From Octopus sinensis (Eukaryota): a DNA stretch of 64,000 nucleotides. The DNA is taken from positions 85,002,001-85,066,000 of the forward strand of contig NC_043005.1 of assembly GCF_006345805.1 (NCBI RefSeq), given 5' to 3'. Made by a program: the position numbers and the translations under genes. The notes under the pieces are model-generated. The model did not search any database, had not been told where the DNA came from, and saw only the letters and a list, made by a program, of their open reading frames with translations. Below are positions 1-12,119 of the stretch, piece after piece. The first letter of the stretch is position 1. Each line of letters begins with the position of its first letter.

Positions 1-1779
1 CTCACCAAGGAAATGACTGAAGACCGAGTCCTATGGAAGTGTGCTGTGCATGAGAGGACCCGGCAGGACTAGTCAGGCCATATCCCGTGGCCCCTACCTG
101 GGACGTAGTCGATCCACCTGTGCATACCTTCCTTCTTGTGACACTTGTGAAGACCTGCTGAGGCAAGTGAAAATCAATCAAAATAGATGAACATCAATGG
201 AATTTGTATCTTGTGGTACCAGTGCCTATGGCACACAAGAAAACCATCCGAACGTGGCCGTAGCCAGTATCGCATCGACTGGCCTCCGTGCTGTGGGAAC
301 ATGGTGGCACATAAAAACACCATCCGAAGACCCGGCAAGACTAGTCAGGTCATAACCCGTGGGCCCTACCTGGGACGTAGTCAGTCCACCTGTACATACC
401 TTCCTTCTTGTGACACTTGTGAAGACCTGCTGAGGCAAGTGAAAATCAAATCAAATCAAAACAAATCAAAATAGATGAACATCAATGGAATTTGTATCCT
501 TGTGGTACCAGTGCCGGTGGCACACAAGAATCCATCCGAACGTGGCCGTAGTCAGTATCGCTTGTGGTACCAGTGCCGGTGGCACACACTTTGTGGTACC
601 AGTGCCGGTGGCACACAAGAGAACCATCCGAACGTGGCCGTAGCCAGTTCCGCATCGACCGGCCTCCGTTCTGTGGGCACGTAACAAACACCATCCGATC
701 ATGGCCGTTCGCCAGCCTCATCTAGCACCTGTGTCGGTGGCACATAAAAAACACCTTCCGAAGACCCGCAAGACTAGTCAGTCCACCTGTGCATACCTTC
801 CTTCTTGTGACACTTGTTGAAACCGGTTGAGGCAGTGAAATCAAATCAAATCAAAATAGACAAATTAGATGAACATCAATGGAATTTGTATCTTGTGGTA
901 CCAGTGCCTGTGGCACACAAGAAATCCATCAGTGCTGTAGTCAGTGCGGTGGGCACATGACAAAACCATCCGATCGTGGTCGTTCGCCAGCCTCATCTAG
1001 CACCTGTGTCGGTGGCACATAAAAAAACCATCCGAAGACCCCCGGCAAGACTAGTCAGCATAACCCATGGCCCCTACCTGGGACGTAGTCAGTCACCTGT
1101 GCATACCTTCCTTCTTGTGACACTTGTGAAGACCTGCTGAGGCAAGTGAAAATCAAAACAAATCAAAATAGATGAACATCAATGGAATTTGTTCTTTGTG
1201 GTACCAGTGCCGGTGGCACGGGGCACATAAGAAAACCATCCGAACGTGGCCGTAGCCAGTACCGCATCGACTGGCCTCCGTGCTGTGGCACGTAACAAGC
1301 ACCATCTGATCGTGGCCGTTTGCCAGCCTCATCTGGCACCGTGTCGGTGGCCACATAAAAACACCATCCGAGCGTGGCCGTCTGCCAGCCTCGTCTGGCA
1401 CCTGTGTCGGTTGGTGGCACATAAAAACACCATCCGAGCGTGGCCGTCTGCCAGCCTCGTCTGGCACCTGTGTCGTGGCACATAAAAAAAACACCATCCG
1501 AGCGTGACCGTCTGCCAGCCTCGTCTGGCACCTGTGTCGGTGGCACATAAAAAACACCATCCGAGCGTGGCCGTTTGCCAGCCTCGTCTGGCACCTGTGT
1601 CGGTGGCACATAAAATCACCCACTACACTCTCGGAGTGGTTGGCGTTAGGAAGGGCATCCAGCTGTAGAAACACTGCCAGATCTGACTGGACTGGTGCAG
1701 CTTTCGGGCTCCCCAGACCCCACTTGAACCGTCCAACCCATGCTAGCATGGAAAGCGGACGTTAAATGATGATGATGAT
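1..1779 (+). mobile_element. RTE-clade LINE 3' end with tandemly expanded 3' UTR and (GAT)n tail
   Basis: 1-72 translates LTKEMTEDRVLWKCAVHERTRQD*, matching the ORF end of the RTE copy at 34042 (LTKAMIGNQDFCQNAVLQKTRQAK). It ends in the shared tail CCATGCTAGCATGGAAAGCGGACGTTAAATGATGATGAT. Confidence 0.85.
1290..1615 (+). repeat. ~59-60 bp tandem repeat (about 5 copies) within the RTE 3' UTR
   Basis: Unit CACCATCCGAGCGTGGCCGTCTGCCAGCCTCGTCTGGCACCTGTGTCGGTGGCACATAAAAA repeated head-to-tail. Confidence 0.95.
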
Positions 1780-1949
1780 ATTAAAAATATTAAATAAGTT
1801 GACAGTATACAACCGCTCTCTCTCTCTCTCACTATATTATATATATATAGATATATATTATATATATATATATAATATACAATAATACACGCATACATAT
1901 ATATATATATACACACACATATATATATATTTATCTAGTGGGGTATTTA

Positions 1950-2290
1950 CATGGTACAATAAGAAGGGCCTATCATAACATCAGAAGTTGGCAACTTGTT
2001 AAGGATCTCTCTTGACACAAGCCCATCTTTAGTATAGTCAAGACTGCGCTGCATCAAGGAGACTGGCTCTTTTCTTTAGGGACAAAAGATATCTTAAACC
2101 CACCCCTCCATGACAGATGCTGATACCCTACAAAGCTCAAGGGATGTTCACAATGGTGTATTACTTTCACTTCTGGAATGAGGCCACTACTATACTAACT
2201 GACATCTTGGGCTGCATCCAGAGAAGGGCCACTCAGCTGATTGACATTCCCATCATGAACAGACCCACTCCAGCCTCACATCTCTTCTCT
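1950..2290 (+). mobile_element. Degenerate L2/Jockey-group LINE C-terminal fragment
   Basis: YKAQ...MVYYFHFWN...ILGCIQRRATQLI resembles the post-RT 'LEYC..W....LE.IQRRA.RLI' segment of these LINEs. Confidence 0.45.
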
Positions 2291-3038
2291 TTGTCATTTC
2301 TATCAATTTGTGCAGCATCATTTGAGAGGTGGCCCTCTCTTGAGCTCTGTCAGGTGTCAGCATCTGTCACAGGGGTGTGGAGGGGATTTAAAATATCATT
2401 CAGTCCCTAAAGAAAAGATCTGCAAAGGGGTAAATACAAATAGTGGTACGGAGGGATTCACGTGGCCCCTTGCCAGTTATTTGATTGTTATACTCATACA
2501 TATTTTATCCTTATCAAACACAAGAGGAAGTTATTCGATGCTCTCCCGAATTTGTCAGTCTGCTGTAAATATCTTGTAACATGTGTAACTGTGTGAATTG
2601 AGGAATATTTGCCTGAATATGAATAACAGAATATTTTGGTAAAATTTTCTGAAGAATTGTCCTGAAATTCAATTGACATGATAAATTCTTTGTTTCATGT
2701 AAAATTTGCATATGTGATTTGGTTAGATTTTTCTTTAGGGATGGTAGAACAAAATTGAGATTAGCTAAAGCATACAGCACAATTTATAAATATTGTATAT
2801 GTAATAATATGTGTGCATTTATATATATGTGTGTGTGTGTGTGTGTGTATACATACATGCATTACATACATATGTATATATATGTATGTGTGAGTGTATT
2901 AGTTCAGTACTTTTAATTTGAGTTTTATATGTATATACACATGCATATATCAAATATATATATACTCATACATATTAACTATACGTTTGTGTGTGTATAC
3001 ATATATTTATGTGTGCATGTGTATGTGTGTGTATAATG

Positions 3039-3104
<66 letters not shown>

Positions 3105-3237
3105 CATACACACTTACAGATATGCATATATAGACACACATTTGTATATTAAATATATACATATGTATACACACATATATGTATGTGAGTTAAACACATA
3201 TATTTGGAGTTTTAACCAGATCACACGCACGCATGCA

Positions 3238-3268
<31 letters not shown>

Positions 3269-3514
3269 GCACATCTGATTAGAAGTGTGATGTACTGAAT
3301 TTTGTGCACAGAACATTCTTAATTTCTTGGAATTTTCTTCTTTGTTGGCAAAAAGAGAAAGAAAACCAGGCAGAGGTTCTGAAGAAACAACAAGCCTTCA
3401 AAGATTTGAATCCAGGTTCGAATTCCAGCTGACAAATTAATTACAACCCTGGGCGCAAATCTGGTTATGTGGCTAAGAAGTCTGTTTTGTAATTCATAAT
3501 CACATATCTTATTT

Positions 3515-3709
3515 TTTACTTGTTTCTGTTATTAGACTGAGGCCAAGCTGGATCACCACCTTGAAATTTTAGATGGATGTATTTTAGTTGGTGTGCAGAA
3601 TATTTTAAAGCTTGGTACTTACTCTAACAGTCTCTCTTGCTGAACCACTAAGTTATTGGGATGCAAACAAACCAAAAGTAGTGGTGGGGGGGGGACAAAC
3701 ACACACACA

Positions 3710-3753
<44 letters not shown>

Positions 3754-3925
3754 TATATATATATGATGAGCTTCTTTCAGATTCCAGCTATGGAATCCAC
3801 TCAGAAGACATTGGTCAACATGAAGCTATACTAGAAGACATCTGTCCAAGGTGCCATGCAGTGGGACTGAACCCAGAACCATGAGGCAAGGAAGCAAGCT
3901 TTTTTACCACACAGCCATGCCTGTA
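3515..3925 (-). mobile_element. tRNA-derived SINE with internal microsatellite (family A)
   Basis: Minus-strand head GGCTGTGTGGTAA...GGGTTCAGTCCCACTGCATGGCACCTTGG (A/B boxes). The body matches the many other copies in the window. Confidence 0.8.
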
Positions 3926-4023
3926 CCTTCCTGTTAATGAATTCTGTCTTATTGTATATTAAAAAAGTTTTAAGTAAATGAAATAATTAATTAGAACCAC
4001 TTCAGTTTCTTCATTTTCATAAA

Positions 4024-4250
4024 TCATCATCATCATCATCATCATCATTGTTTAACGTCCGCTTTCCATGCTAGCATGGGTTGGATGATTTTAACTGAGG
4101 GCTGGTGAACCAGATGGCTGCACTAGGCTCCAATCTTGATTTGGCGGAGTTTCTACAGCTGGATGCCCTTCCTAATGCCAACAACTCCAAGAGTGTAGTA
4201 GGTGCTTTTTACATGCCACCTGTACGAGGGCCAGTCAGGCAGTACTGGCA
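4024..4250 (-). mobile_element. 5'-truncated RTE 3' tail
   Basis: (CAT)n followed by TTTAACGTCCGCTTTCCATGCTAGCATGGG, the reverse complement of the tail at 1740-1779. Confidence 0.85.
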
Positions 4251-4349
4251 ATTAATTTTGTTGCTCCTGGAATAAATTAAAAGTCAAAGTTGTTCCTCAC
4301 TGCAGCAGGATCTCAACTTTGACCCTAAAAGTCCTATGCATATAGCTGT

Positions 4350-4477
4350 TGTTTTAGTCATTGAACGGCGACCATGCTGGGGCACCAACTTGAATGGTTT
4401 CTAGTCAAACAGATTGATTCCCAGGACTTACATTAAAACTGGCATTTATGTTGGTCTCATTATCTGAACACAAAAAA

Positions 4478-4542
<65 letters not shown>

Positions 4543-4702
4543 ATATATATATATATACATATATACGACGGGCTTCTTTCAGCTTCCGTCTACCAAATCC
4601 TTTCACAAGGCTCTGGTCGGCCTGAGGCTATAGTAGAAGACACATGTCCAAGGTGCCATGCAGTGGGGCTGAACCTGGAACCACACAGCCAATCCTACAC
4701 CT
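4350..4702 (-). mobile_element. tRNA-derived SINE family A
   Basis: Same head and body as other family A copies, with internal (CA)n(TA)n. Confidence 0.75.
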
Positions 4703-5687
4703 ATGTGTATGTCTAATGCATTATCTGCTGAAATTTCACACACACACACATACACATACACACACAGACACACACACAGAAGCATACATATATACTTATG
4801 TATAGGTGGTAGAATGAGTGGTAGGGAAAGAAAGAGAGTGAGAAAGAGAGTGAGTTCAAAAATACAGGATAATAATCATAAATCTGTAAATGAAATGAAA
4901 AGAAATAAATAAAAAGAAAACTTCATTATTTCAATATTTGTGATTTTAGCTGCACCAGTCAAGGTCACACAGTTTCAAAGAAAAAACTTATGGAGTGTTT
5001 GCAGTGAGCCAACATTTCTGAGCATTTATTTAATTCATTGGCATCAGGAAAAATTAAGAATAATTTGCCATTATATAAAAAAACCTTGCGGCATGGAATT
5101 GAATGGAAAGAACCACATTTATAAATATATGTTAACTGGGATTTAAACGCTGGTTTTTCTTTCTTTGAAGTTACAGGAGTGCTTAGAGAGGTTTATAGCA
5201 AATTTCATTTAATTTCATGCTTCGTAAATGAAAGGATAAAATAATGATGGTAAGTTTTGGAATGATTCCTTAACACACCAAATTAAATCCTGAGAATATT
5301 ATTATCATCTGCTTGGCCTTCGGCTGACTGAAAATGGCTTTAACACTCGGTTTTACCAAGTTGTCTCTATGTTTTCGAAACATGAAAGCGAATTTTCCAA
5401 GAGTGTCCCATTCTTCAAAGAAACAAGGTTTAGTGCTATTTAAAACATAAATGCATGGGCTTAGCTGTCCTTTCCCATATGAATGCTTACATGTATATAT
5501 ATATATATATGGGTAGCTAATTTGCCATGTTACAACCTAAAGGCAGAAACAGATATGTCACTAAAGTGACAAGGGTCACCAATCAGCACCAGTAATGCTA
5601 GAAATAAGAGTCAAAGGAACTCAATAGCCACAGAAACACTATCTTAATGCCTGATAAGGGAGACAGGCTCCCTACAGCAGCAGATAT

Positions 5688-5748
5688 AGACAGATCATCG
5701 ATGATTTTGCATTTTAATGCTTATGCATCTTAATGCTCATCAGTGGCT
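5688..5748 (-). ncRNA. Minimal type I hammerhead ribozyme motif (degenerate) in a (TA)n-flanked non-coding element (~5510-5950)
   Basis: Minus strand reads AGCCA-CTGATGA-GCATTAAAATGC(duplicated)-AAA-ATCATCGATGAT-C-TGTCT. It has the CUGAUGA core, stem II, G12 changed to A, palindromic helix III and a 4/5 bp stem I. Confidence 0.65.
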
Positions 5749-5997
5749 CTCACTGCGCCTAGGGTTAAACTCAGCTTGCCTTGTCGGTTTATAAGATCTC
5801 CATTGAAGTCATACACTGAGTTCATAAATGGTAAAAGCGAAAATTATAAATAATATGGGCGGCTAATATATTGTTTATTAAAGCTTGAAAATAGCTTTAC
5901 AAACTATCTACAAAAATATTTTTCAGTTTAAATTCACAGAGTATGTAATATATATATGGGTGTGTGTGTGTGTATGTATATATATATGTATATATAT

Positions 5998-6215
5998 ATC
6001 ATCATTATCATCATTGTTTAACATCCGCTTTCCATGCTAGCATGGGTTGGACGATTTGACTGAGGACTGGCGAACCAGATGGCTGCACCAGGCTCTAATC
6101 TGATCTGGCAGAGTTTCTACAGCTGGATGCCCTTCCTAATGCCAACTACTTCAACAGTGTAGTGGGTGCTTTTACATGCCACTGGCACGGGGGCCAGTCA
6201 GGTGGTACTGGCAAC
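5998..6215 (-). mobile_element. 5'-truncated RTE 3' tail
   Basis: (CAT)n plus the shared tail sequence. Confidence 0.85.
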
Positions 6216-6295
6216 ACTATACAAAAACAAATATAGAAATACTATTATACAATTACATTCCAGCCATCTGTGATGCCATATATTGTGTGTAAAAA

Positions 6296-6377
6296 CATCC
6301 TGATGAGGGGAGTGTCAGTTTTTAAAATATAAAATATATCATATTACTTGGCACATCTCTGAAATGGCCTGTAGATG
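6296..6377 (+). ncRNA. Type I hammerhead ribozyme motif (Penelope pLTR-like)
   Basis: CATC-CTGATGA-GGGGAGTGTCAG...TTGGCACATCTCT-GAAA-TGGCCT-GTA-GATG. Stem I is CATC/GATG, stem II is long, helix III is centred on GGCC and the cleavage triplet is GUA. Confidence 0.7.
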
Positions 6378-6754
6378 GAACTTTGAATTTTTGTATTATT
6401 TTTCGGGGGATTTTAATACATTCTTTTACTGTTTTATCATCCCAAATTTTTAATTACACCAATATTTTACAACTTTTAAATGTAAACTCACTGTATTTTG
6501 TGTATAACACCGATTTTTATCTATTTATATATATTTTTATATTTATATATTTGGAATTTATATATCTGTTTTGTAAATATAGAAGAATATATGAATATAT
6601 GTATGTATTTGATTTTTGAGTGTGGATCTTAATTATGTTCCTCTAGTTTCCACTTGCATTGCTTCCATTGAAATTAAGAAGTGGTATATATATATGCTTC
6701 GTTTTTGTATTTGCTTTAGAAGATTCTTTATGTGAATTCGTGTTTTGAAGCAAA

Positions 6755-7090
6755 TTTTCTTGTGTCTGTGGAGAATCATATTGTCTAACACATTCCCTGA
6801 TTTGATTTCCACTCATTTATTATTTATGTTTTTTCTTCCAAAATGTTCGTTGCTTTTGCAACCTTGTCTGTGGATATTGACTCTGTCCGTTATTGGAGCT
6901 GCATTCCTTTTATGACAAAAGGAATTCATCTCTCATAACAGACAGAGTCAACATCCATAGACATGGTTTCAAAAGCGATGAAAATTTTGGAAGAAAGCAT
7001 ATAAATAATAAATGAGGGGAAACTGAACTGGTGAATGTGTTAGACAATAAAGCATTAAGACAATACGAATCTCCCCAAACACAGCAAAAT
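6755..7090. repeat. Degenerate fold-back inverted repeat (~160 bp arms, 5-nt loop)
   Basis: 6755-6911 is the imperfect reverse complement of 6917-7090. The centre is ATTCCTTTT-ATGAC-AAAAGGAAT. Confidence 0.85.
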
Positions 7091-7111
7091 ATATATGTAT
7101 ATATATACATA

Positions 7112-7644
7112 CCATGAAATGGGGTTATTTTGAACAAAATATAATATTTTGTTTCCTCTTTATATCACAGCTCAAGGTCGCACAGTAACGCAATTTAGAA
7201 ACAATTTTCCTTCAGCTGAATGGACTATTCATTTTTAAAGTGAAACAAATCCCAATTAGCATCATGCCTGTGCCAAAATATCAAAAGATTCAGAGCATGT
7301 TTAAGTGCTACAGACGTATCCTTGTACTTCCAGCATTTAAAAGCGATTCTTACAGTTGATGGGAAACTTATTCCTCCAGATAACATATTCAGCTTTCGAA
7401 CATAAGTAAAAAAAAAAAAAACGTTACTGTTCAAAGTAACCCCAAATCAGGGGTTACTTTGAACAGCAACGATTATATTAAAAAAAGTGATCAAATATTG
7501 ACTGCAGCTTATTTTTACTTCATGTATCAGCTTATCTATTTAGTTCCCCTAAACATAGTGAAATTTAGTTAAGATTGAAAAAAATAGTTATGAAATTATT
7601 GCAATAAGAAGTCTAAGACTGTTCAAAGTAACCCCGTTTCAAGG
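7112..7644. mobile_element. pogo/Tc1-mariner superfamily MITE with internal TIR palindrome
   Basis: Termini are TA|CCATGAAATGGGGTTATTTTGAACA and TGTTCAAAGTAACCCCGTTTCAAGG. The same motif forms a palindrome at 7422-7471. Confidence 0.7.
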
Positions 7645-7654
7645 CTTATATATA

Positions 7655-7925
7655 TCATCATCATCATCATCATCGATTAATGTCCGTTTTCCATGCTGGC
7701 ATGGGTTGGACAGTTTGACTGAGGTCTGGAGAGCACATGGCTGCACCAGGCTCCAATCTGATCTGGCAATGTTTCTACAGCTGGATGCTCTACCTAACAC
7801 CAACCATCCCCAGAGTGTAGTGGGAGCTTTTTACATGGCACTGGTACAAGAGCCAGTCAGGAGATACTGGCATCGGTCACAATCGGTTGGTACTTTTTAC
7901 ATGCCACATGTACAGGAGCCAGTCA
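7655..7925 (-). mobile_element. 5'-truncated RTE 3' tail
   Basis: (CAT)n plus the shared tail and UTR repeats. Confidence 0.8.
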
Positions 7926-8899
7926 CATATATATATATATACATATATATAAACGATGGGGTTCTTTCAGTTTCTGTCCATTAAATCCATTAACAAAACT
8001 TTAGTTGGTCTGAAGCTATTGAAGAAATTGCTTGTGGAATGTGCCACATGATGGGACTGAACTCAGAACCATGTGGTTGGAAGTAAACTTCTTACCACAC
8101 AGCCACAGAGCTTCTTTTAGTTTCCATCTACTAAATCCATTGACAAGGCTTTGGTTGGTCAAAGATTATAGTTGAAAATATTAGCCCAAGCAGCCAGACT
8201 ATGGGACTGAACTCACGACCACACATTTTAGAAGTAAGCTTCTCGACACACTGCCATACCAATATAAACTCCCAGACACATTCATGTTAATGTCAGCAGA
8301 AAAAAAATGTGATGTAAAATTTAGAAAGGGTGCCTCCTTCATGAAGATGAAGAAGGATATAGTTAGGTGGCCATATGGGAGATGTAATGAACTGCAAATA
8401 ATTTTTTAATGAATTGCAATTAAAACCTTAATGCGAAAAATTCATTAGCACTAAAGCAAATTTATATCAGATGAGGGCAACGGAGAAAACTCTCACAATT
8501 TAAATTAACCAAAAATTAAATTTAAATCAAAATATTTATTGGATAAAATGGAAGAATATTCTACTGAGTAATTGGTAAAGTATGAGAGCAACAAATAACA
8601 AATGGTTCGGTGTGGAAAGCATGGACTGATTAGAGGCATTAGAGAGCTGTGATTACTTTTCTAGGGGTGCCTTCTGCATGAGAATTGTATAGTTAGGAAC
8701 AAGATAAAATATTGGAGTTGGAAAGCCTGAAATATTTGTTGACTAATGTATGCTTTATTGAGGAGGTTTAATTAGACTGAAACCTGTAGGGAATTGATAC
8801 TAGTAGGTATCAAAGAAAGGGGCTGAGTTGATTTTTAAACGAATTAGAAAATTAATCACTTAAAACATGGTAAGCGGCATTTCATATATTTATGTGTCT

Positions 8900-8934
8900 A
8901 TATATAATATACACATATATATACAAATATTTAT

Positions 8935-8975
<41 letters not shown>

Positions 8976-9410
8976 CATATGTATATACAAATATTTATAT
9001 ATGTATATATTAATATACATATCTATATACAAATATTTATATATGTATATGTATAATATACATATTTATATACAAATATTTATATATATATATATATAAT
9101 ATACATATTTATATACAAATGTTTATATATGTATATATATATTATATACATATTTTTATACAAATATTTATATATGTATATATATATATTATATACATAT
9201 TTATACACAAATATTTATATATGTATATATATATAATATACATATTTTTATACAAATATGTATATATGTATATATATATATATATAATATACTATTTATA
9301 TACAAATATTTATATATGTATATATATATAATATACATATTTATAAACAAATATTTAATATATTATATATTATATACATATTTATATATGTATATATATA
9401 TATATACATA
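8900..9410. repeat. AT-rich minisatellite (~40 bp unit)
   Basis: ATACATATTTATATACAAATATTTATATATG(TA)n repeated about 10 or more times. Confidence 0.9.
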
Positions 9411-9582
9411 TAAATCCTAATCATCATCATTGTTCACTGTCCATTCCCCATGCTGGCATGGGTTGGATGGTTTGAATGGAGTTGACAAGCTTGGACCTCT
9501 TAGCTGAGAGGGAGACATAGAGGACACAGCTATATGTATGGATGGCTAGGATTTTAACATATTTTCCCAAGCACAGAAAACC

Positions 9583-9637
<55 letters not shown>

Positions 9638-9749
9638 GAGTGAGAGAGCAGTGCATGCCATGAAAGTGACACTGGGGTAAAATATACGAAGCCCAGTATA
9701 CCCATCATGACTACCCGTCTGATAAGGGTACACCAGGCACATGCATCAC

Positions 9750-10110
9750 AGCCACATGGTTCTAGGTTCAGCCCCACTGCATGGCACCTCGGTCAAGTGC
9801 CTTCTACTATAGCCTCAGGCTGACCAAATCCTTGTGAGTGGATTTTGTTGACAGAAACTGAAAGAAGCTTGTTGTATATGTGTGTATGTATATATCTACA
9901 TGTGCGTGTCTTTGTGTCTGTGTTTGTCCACCCCATCACTGCTTGATAACTGGTGATGCTGTGTTTACATACTCATAACTTAGCAGTTCAGCAAAAGAGA
10001 CTGACAGAATAAGAACTAGACTTAATTAGTAAGCCATGGGGTCAAGGCAGTGCTTCAGCATGGCCACAGTCAAATGACTGAAAGAAGTAAAAGGGTAAAA
10101 GAGTAAAAGA
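9750..10110 (+). mobile_element. tRNA-derived SINE family A
   Basis: B-box GGTTCAGCCCCACTGC and tail GGCCACAGTCAAATGACTGAAA...GTAAAAGAGTAAAAGA. Confidence 0.8.
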
Positions 10111-10112
10111 AT

Positions 10113-10310
10113 ATATATAGTTAATCCAAACAAGAACAAAGAGAAAACACAACAACGTGAGGATGTGGAACAAGTATAGTGTTATTGGATGTTCAGGAAA
10201 GGAAAGAAAGAAGGAGGATTTAATGTTCTGAGTGGAGCTCTTCGTCAGGAACATAGAGAAAGGAAAGGTCCAAGGAAGGGAAGATGGAGAAAGAAAATCG
10301 CCAACAATAC
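10113..10310 (-). mobile_element. ~200 bp (TA)n-flanked non-autonomous element with minimal hammerhead motif (10217-10255)
   Basis: Reverse complement aligns along its length with 56222-56420. It contains CTGACGA-A-GAGCTCCACTC-AGAA-CAT-T-AAAT. Confidence 0.7.
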
Positions 10311-10484
10311 ATATATATATATATTTATATATATAAATACATACATACATATATATATATATATAAATATATACATGTATGTATGTAAGTATTTATTTAC
10401 GCAGACATACACATATATAACTACAGACTATATATATAAATATATAATATATATATATTTGTATGTATATATATATATATATAT

Positions 10485-10880
10485 TCTATTCTTTCACTTG
10501 TTTCAGTCATTTGAATGTGGCCATGCTGGAGCACTGCCTTCAGTCAAACAATCAACCCAAGGAATTATTCTCTGTAAGTGTAGTACTTATTCTATCGGTC
10601 TCTTTGCAGAACCGCTAAGTTATGGGGACATAAACACATCAGCATCGGTTGTCAAGCGATGGTAGGGGCATAAACACAGGCACACAAACATATACATGTA
10701 TATATGTATATATATATACGACGGGCTTTTTTCAGTTTCCGTCTACCAAATCCACTCATAAAGCTTTGGTCAGTCCAAGGCTATAGTAGAAGACATTTGC
10801 TCATGGTGCCGTGCAGTGGGACTGAACCTGGGACCATGTGGTTAGTAGGCAAGCAACTTTCCACACAGCTGCTCCTGTGC
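10485..10880 (-). mobile_element. tRNA-derived SINE family A
   Basis: Near full-length head, body and tail on the minus strand. Confidence 0.85.
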
Positions 10881-11545
10881 CAATATATATATCACATTGA
10901 TAATTTTAGCCTATAGCTTGCTGCTTTCACAACGATGTCCTGTTGTATCATATATTTTGTCATCCATCTATAAAATGCAATAATTCTCATTTCAGTCATC
11001 TTGTTATATAAAACCATAAACCAACAATGTATTGTCTTCCATTCGTTCCAATAAAACATTGACGAGTTTATTGTGAGACAAACAAATGAATCTGACAATA
11101 TTTTTATAACAATGTAGGTGGTCGTCTGGAGGCAAATCTATGGAAATAGGTGCACATACGGCTGTATGGCAAGCGTTTGGTTTTTGGTTCAATCCCAACT
11201 TGTGTTAATATGGGGGGGGGGAGGATCTTGGTACGGCTTTCGGCTGACCAATGCAGTTTGAAAGGATTCAGACTCGGTTGCTAACTGGAAACTGAAATCC
11301 CACCATACATGTGGATACACACACACACACACACACACACATATGCACACACATACATGCACACACACTCACACATACACACACATACACACACACACAC
11401 GAACACATACACACACAAACACATACACACACAAACACACACACACACATATGCACACAAACACAGACACATGTGCACACACCAACCATACCATTTCTGC
11501 TGGTAAGAATAGAGTTTCTAAAATTCATAGAGAAATTTGAAGAAT

Positions 11546-11614
11546 TGCTTTTGTCCAGTGGTTGAATGCCTCTCTTGTCTACAGGAAGTGTGGGTTCAAA
11601 CCCTATGAAAAGCA
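11546..11614 (+). pseudogene. tRNA-like sequence (copy 1)
   Basis: TGCTTTT/AAAAGCA acceptor pairing, A-box-like GTCCAGTGG, T-arm GTGGG-TTCAAAC-CCTAT, then TTTTT. The anticodon arm is irregular. Confidence 0.6.
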
Positions 11615-12119
11615 TTTCACTTTTTCAGTTCAAATAATCTATTGAGAGCAATAACAAATATAATGTGATGATGATAATGATGATGATGATGATGATTGGT
11701 ACATTAAATATCAAGTAAGATAAATTCTTGTTTCATTGGCCAGAGAAGGTAGAACAGTTGTTTGGTGGTAATTGAGACCAACTGCAAATGAGAACGTGGA
11801 ATGAAATGCATTTATTCATAAACTTTAAACTGAACTTCGTGGTGATACGTAAATAAATGACGTAAATTAAAGAAGGTATAAACCTGACGTAAATTCACGA
11901 AGTTGATGTCAGATTTTTCTACTTTCACTTTTGACAGCTAATACCATGACAGTGCTGAGAAAGCAACATAAAAAGGCAAGAATGCTCAAAAGAAAAATAA
12001 AACAAAGGCAACATTCTGTTAAACAAATGATAGTATGTGTACAGGTGTGTGTGTGTGTGTGTGTGTGTGTATACATTTATAAATCAGTAAATCTTCTAAT
12101 GAATATTCGTAAAGATAAC

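Noticed and set aside
1290-1615. CRISPR-like array
   Set aside because: The units are near-identical with no unique spacers, there are no cas genes, and it lies in a eukaryotic LINE 3' UTR.
187-1749. ORFs of up to 198 aa in the opening repeats
   Set aside because: The frames are open only because of tandem repeats in a non-coding UTR, and no protein motifs are present.
2535-2572. Minus-strand CTGACAA plus ATTCG/CGAAT stem as a hammerhead
   Set aside because: GAAA and helix III are missing, so it is too degenerate to call.
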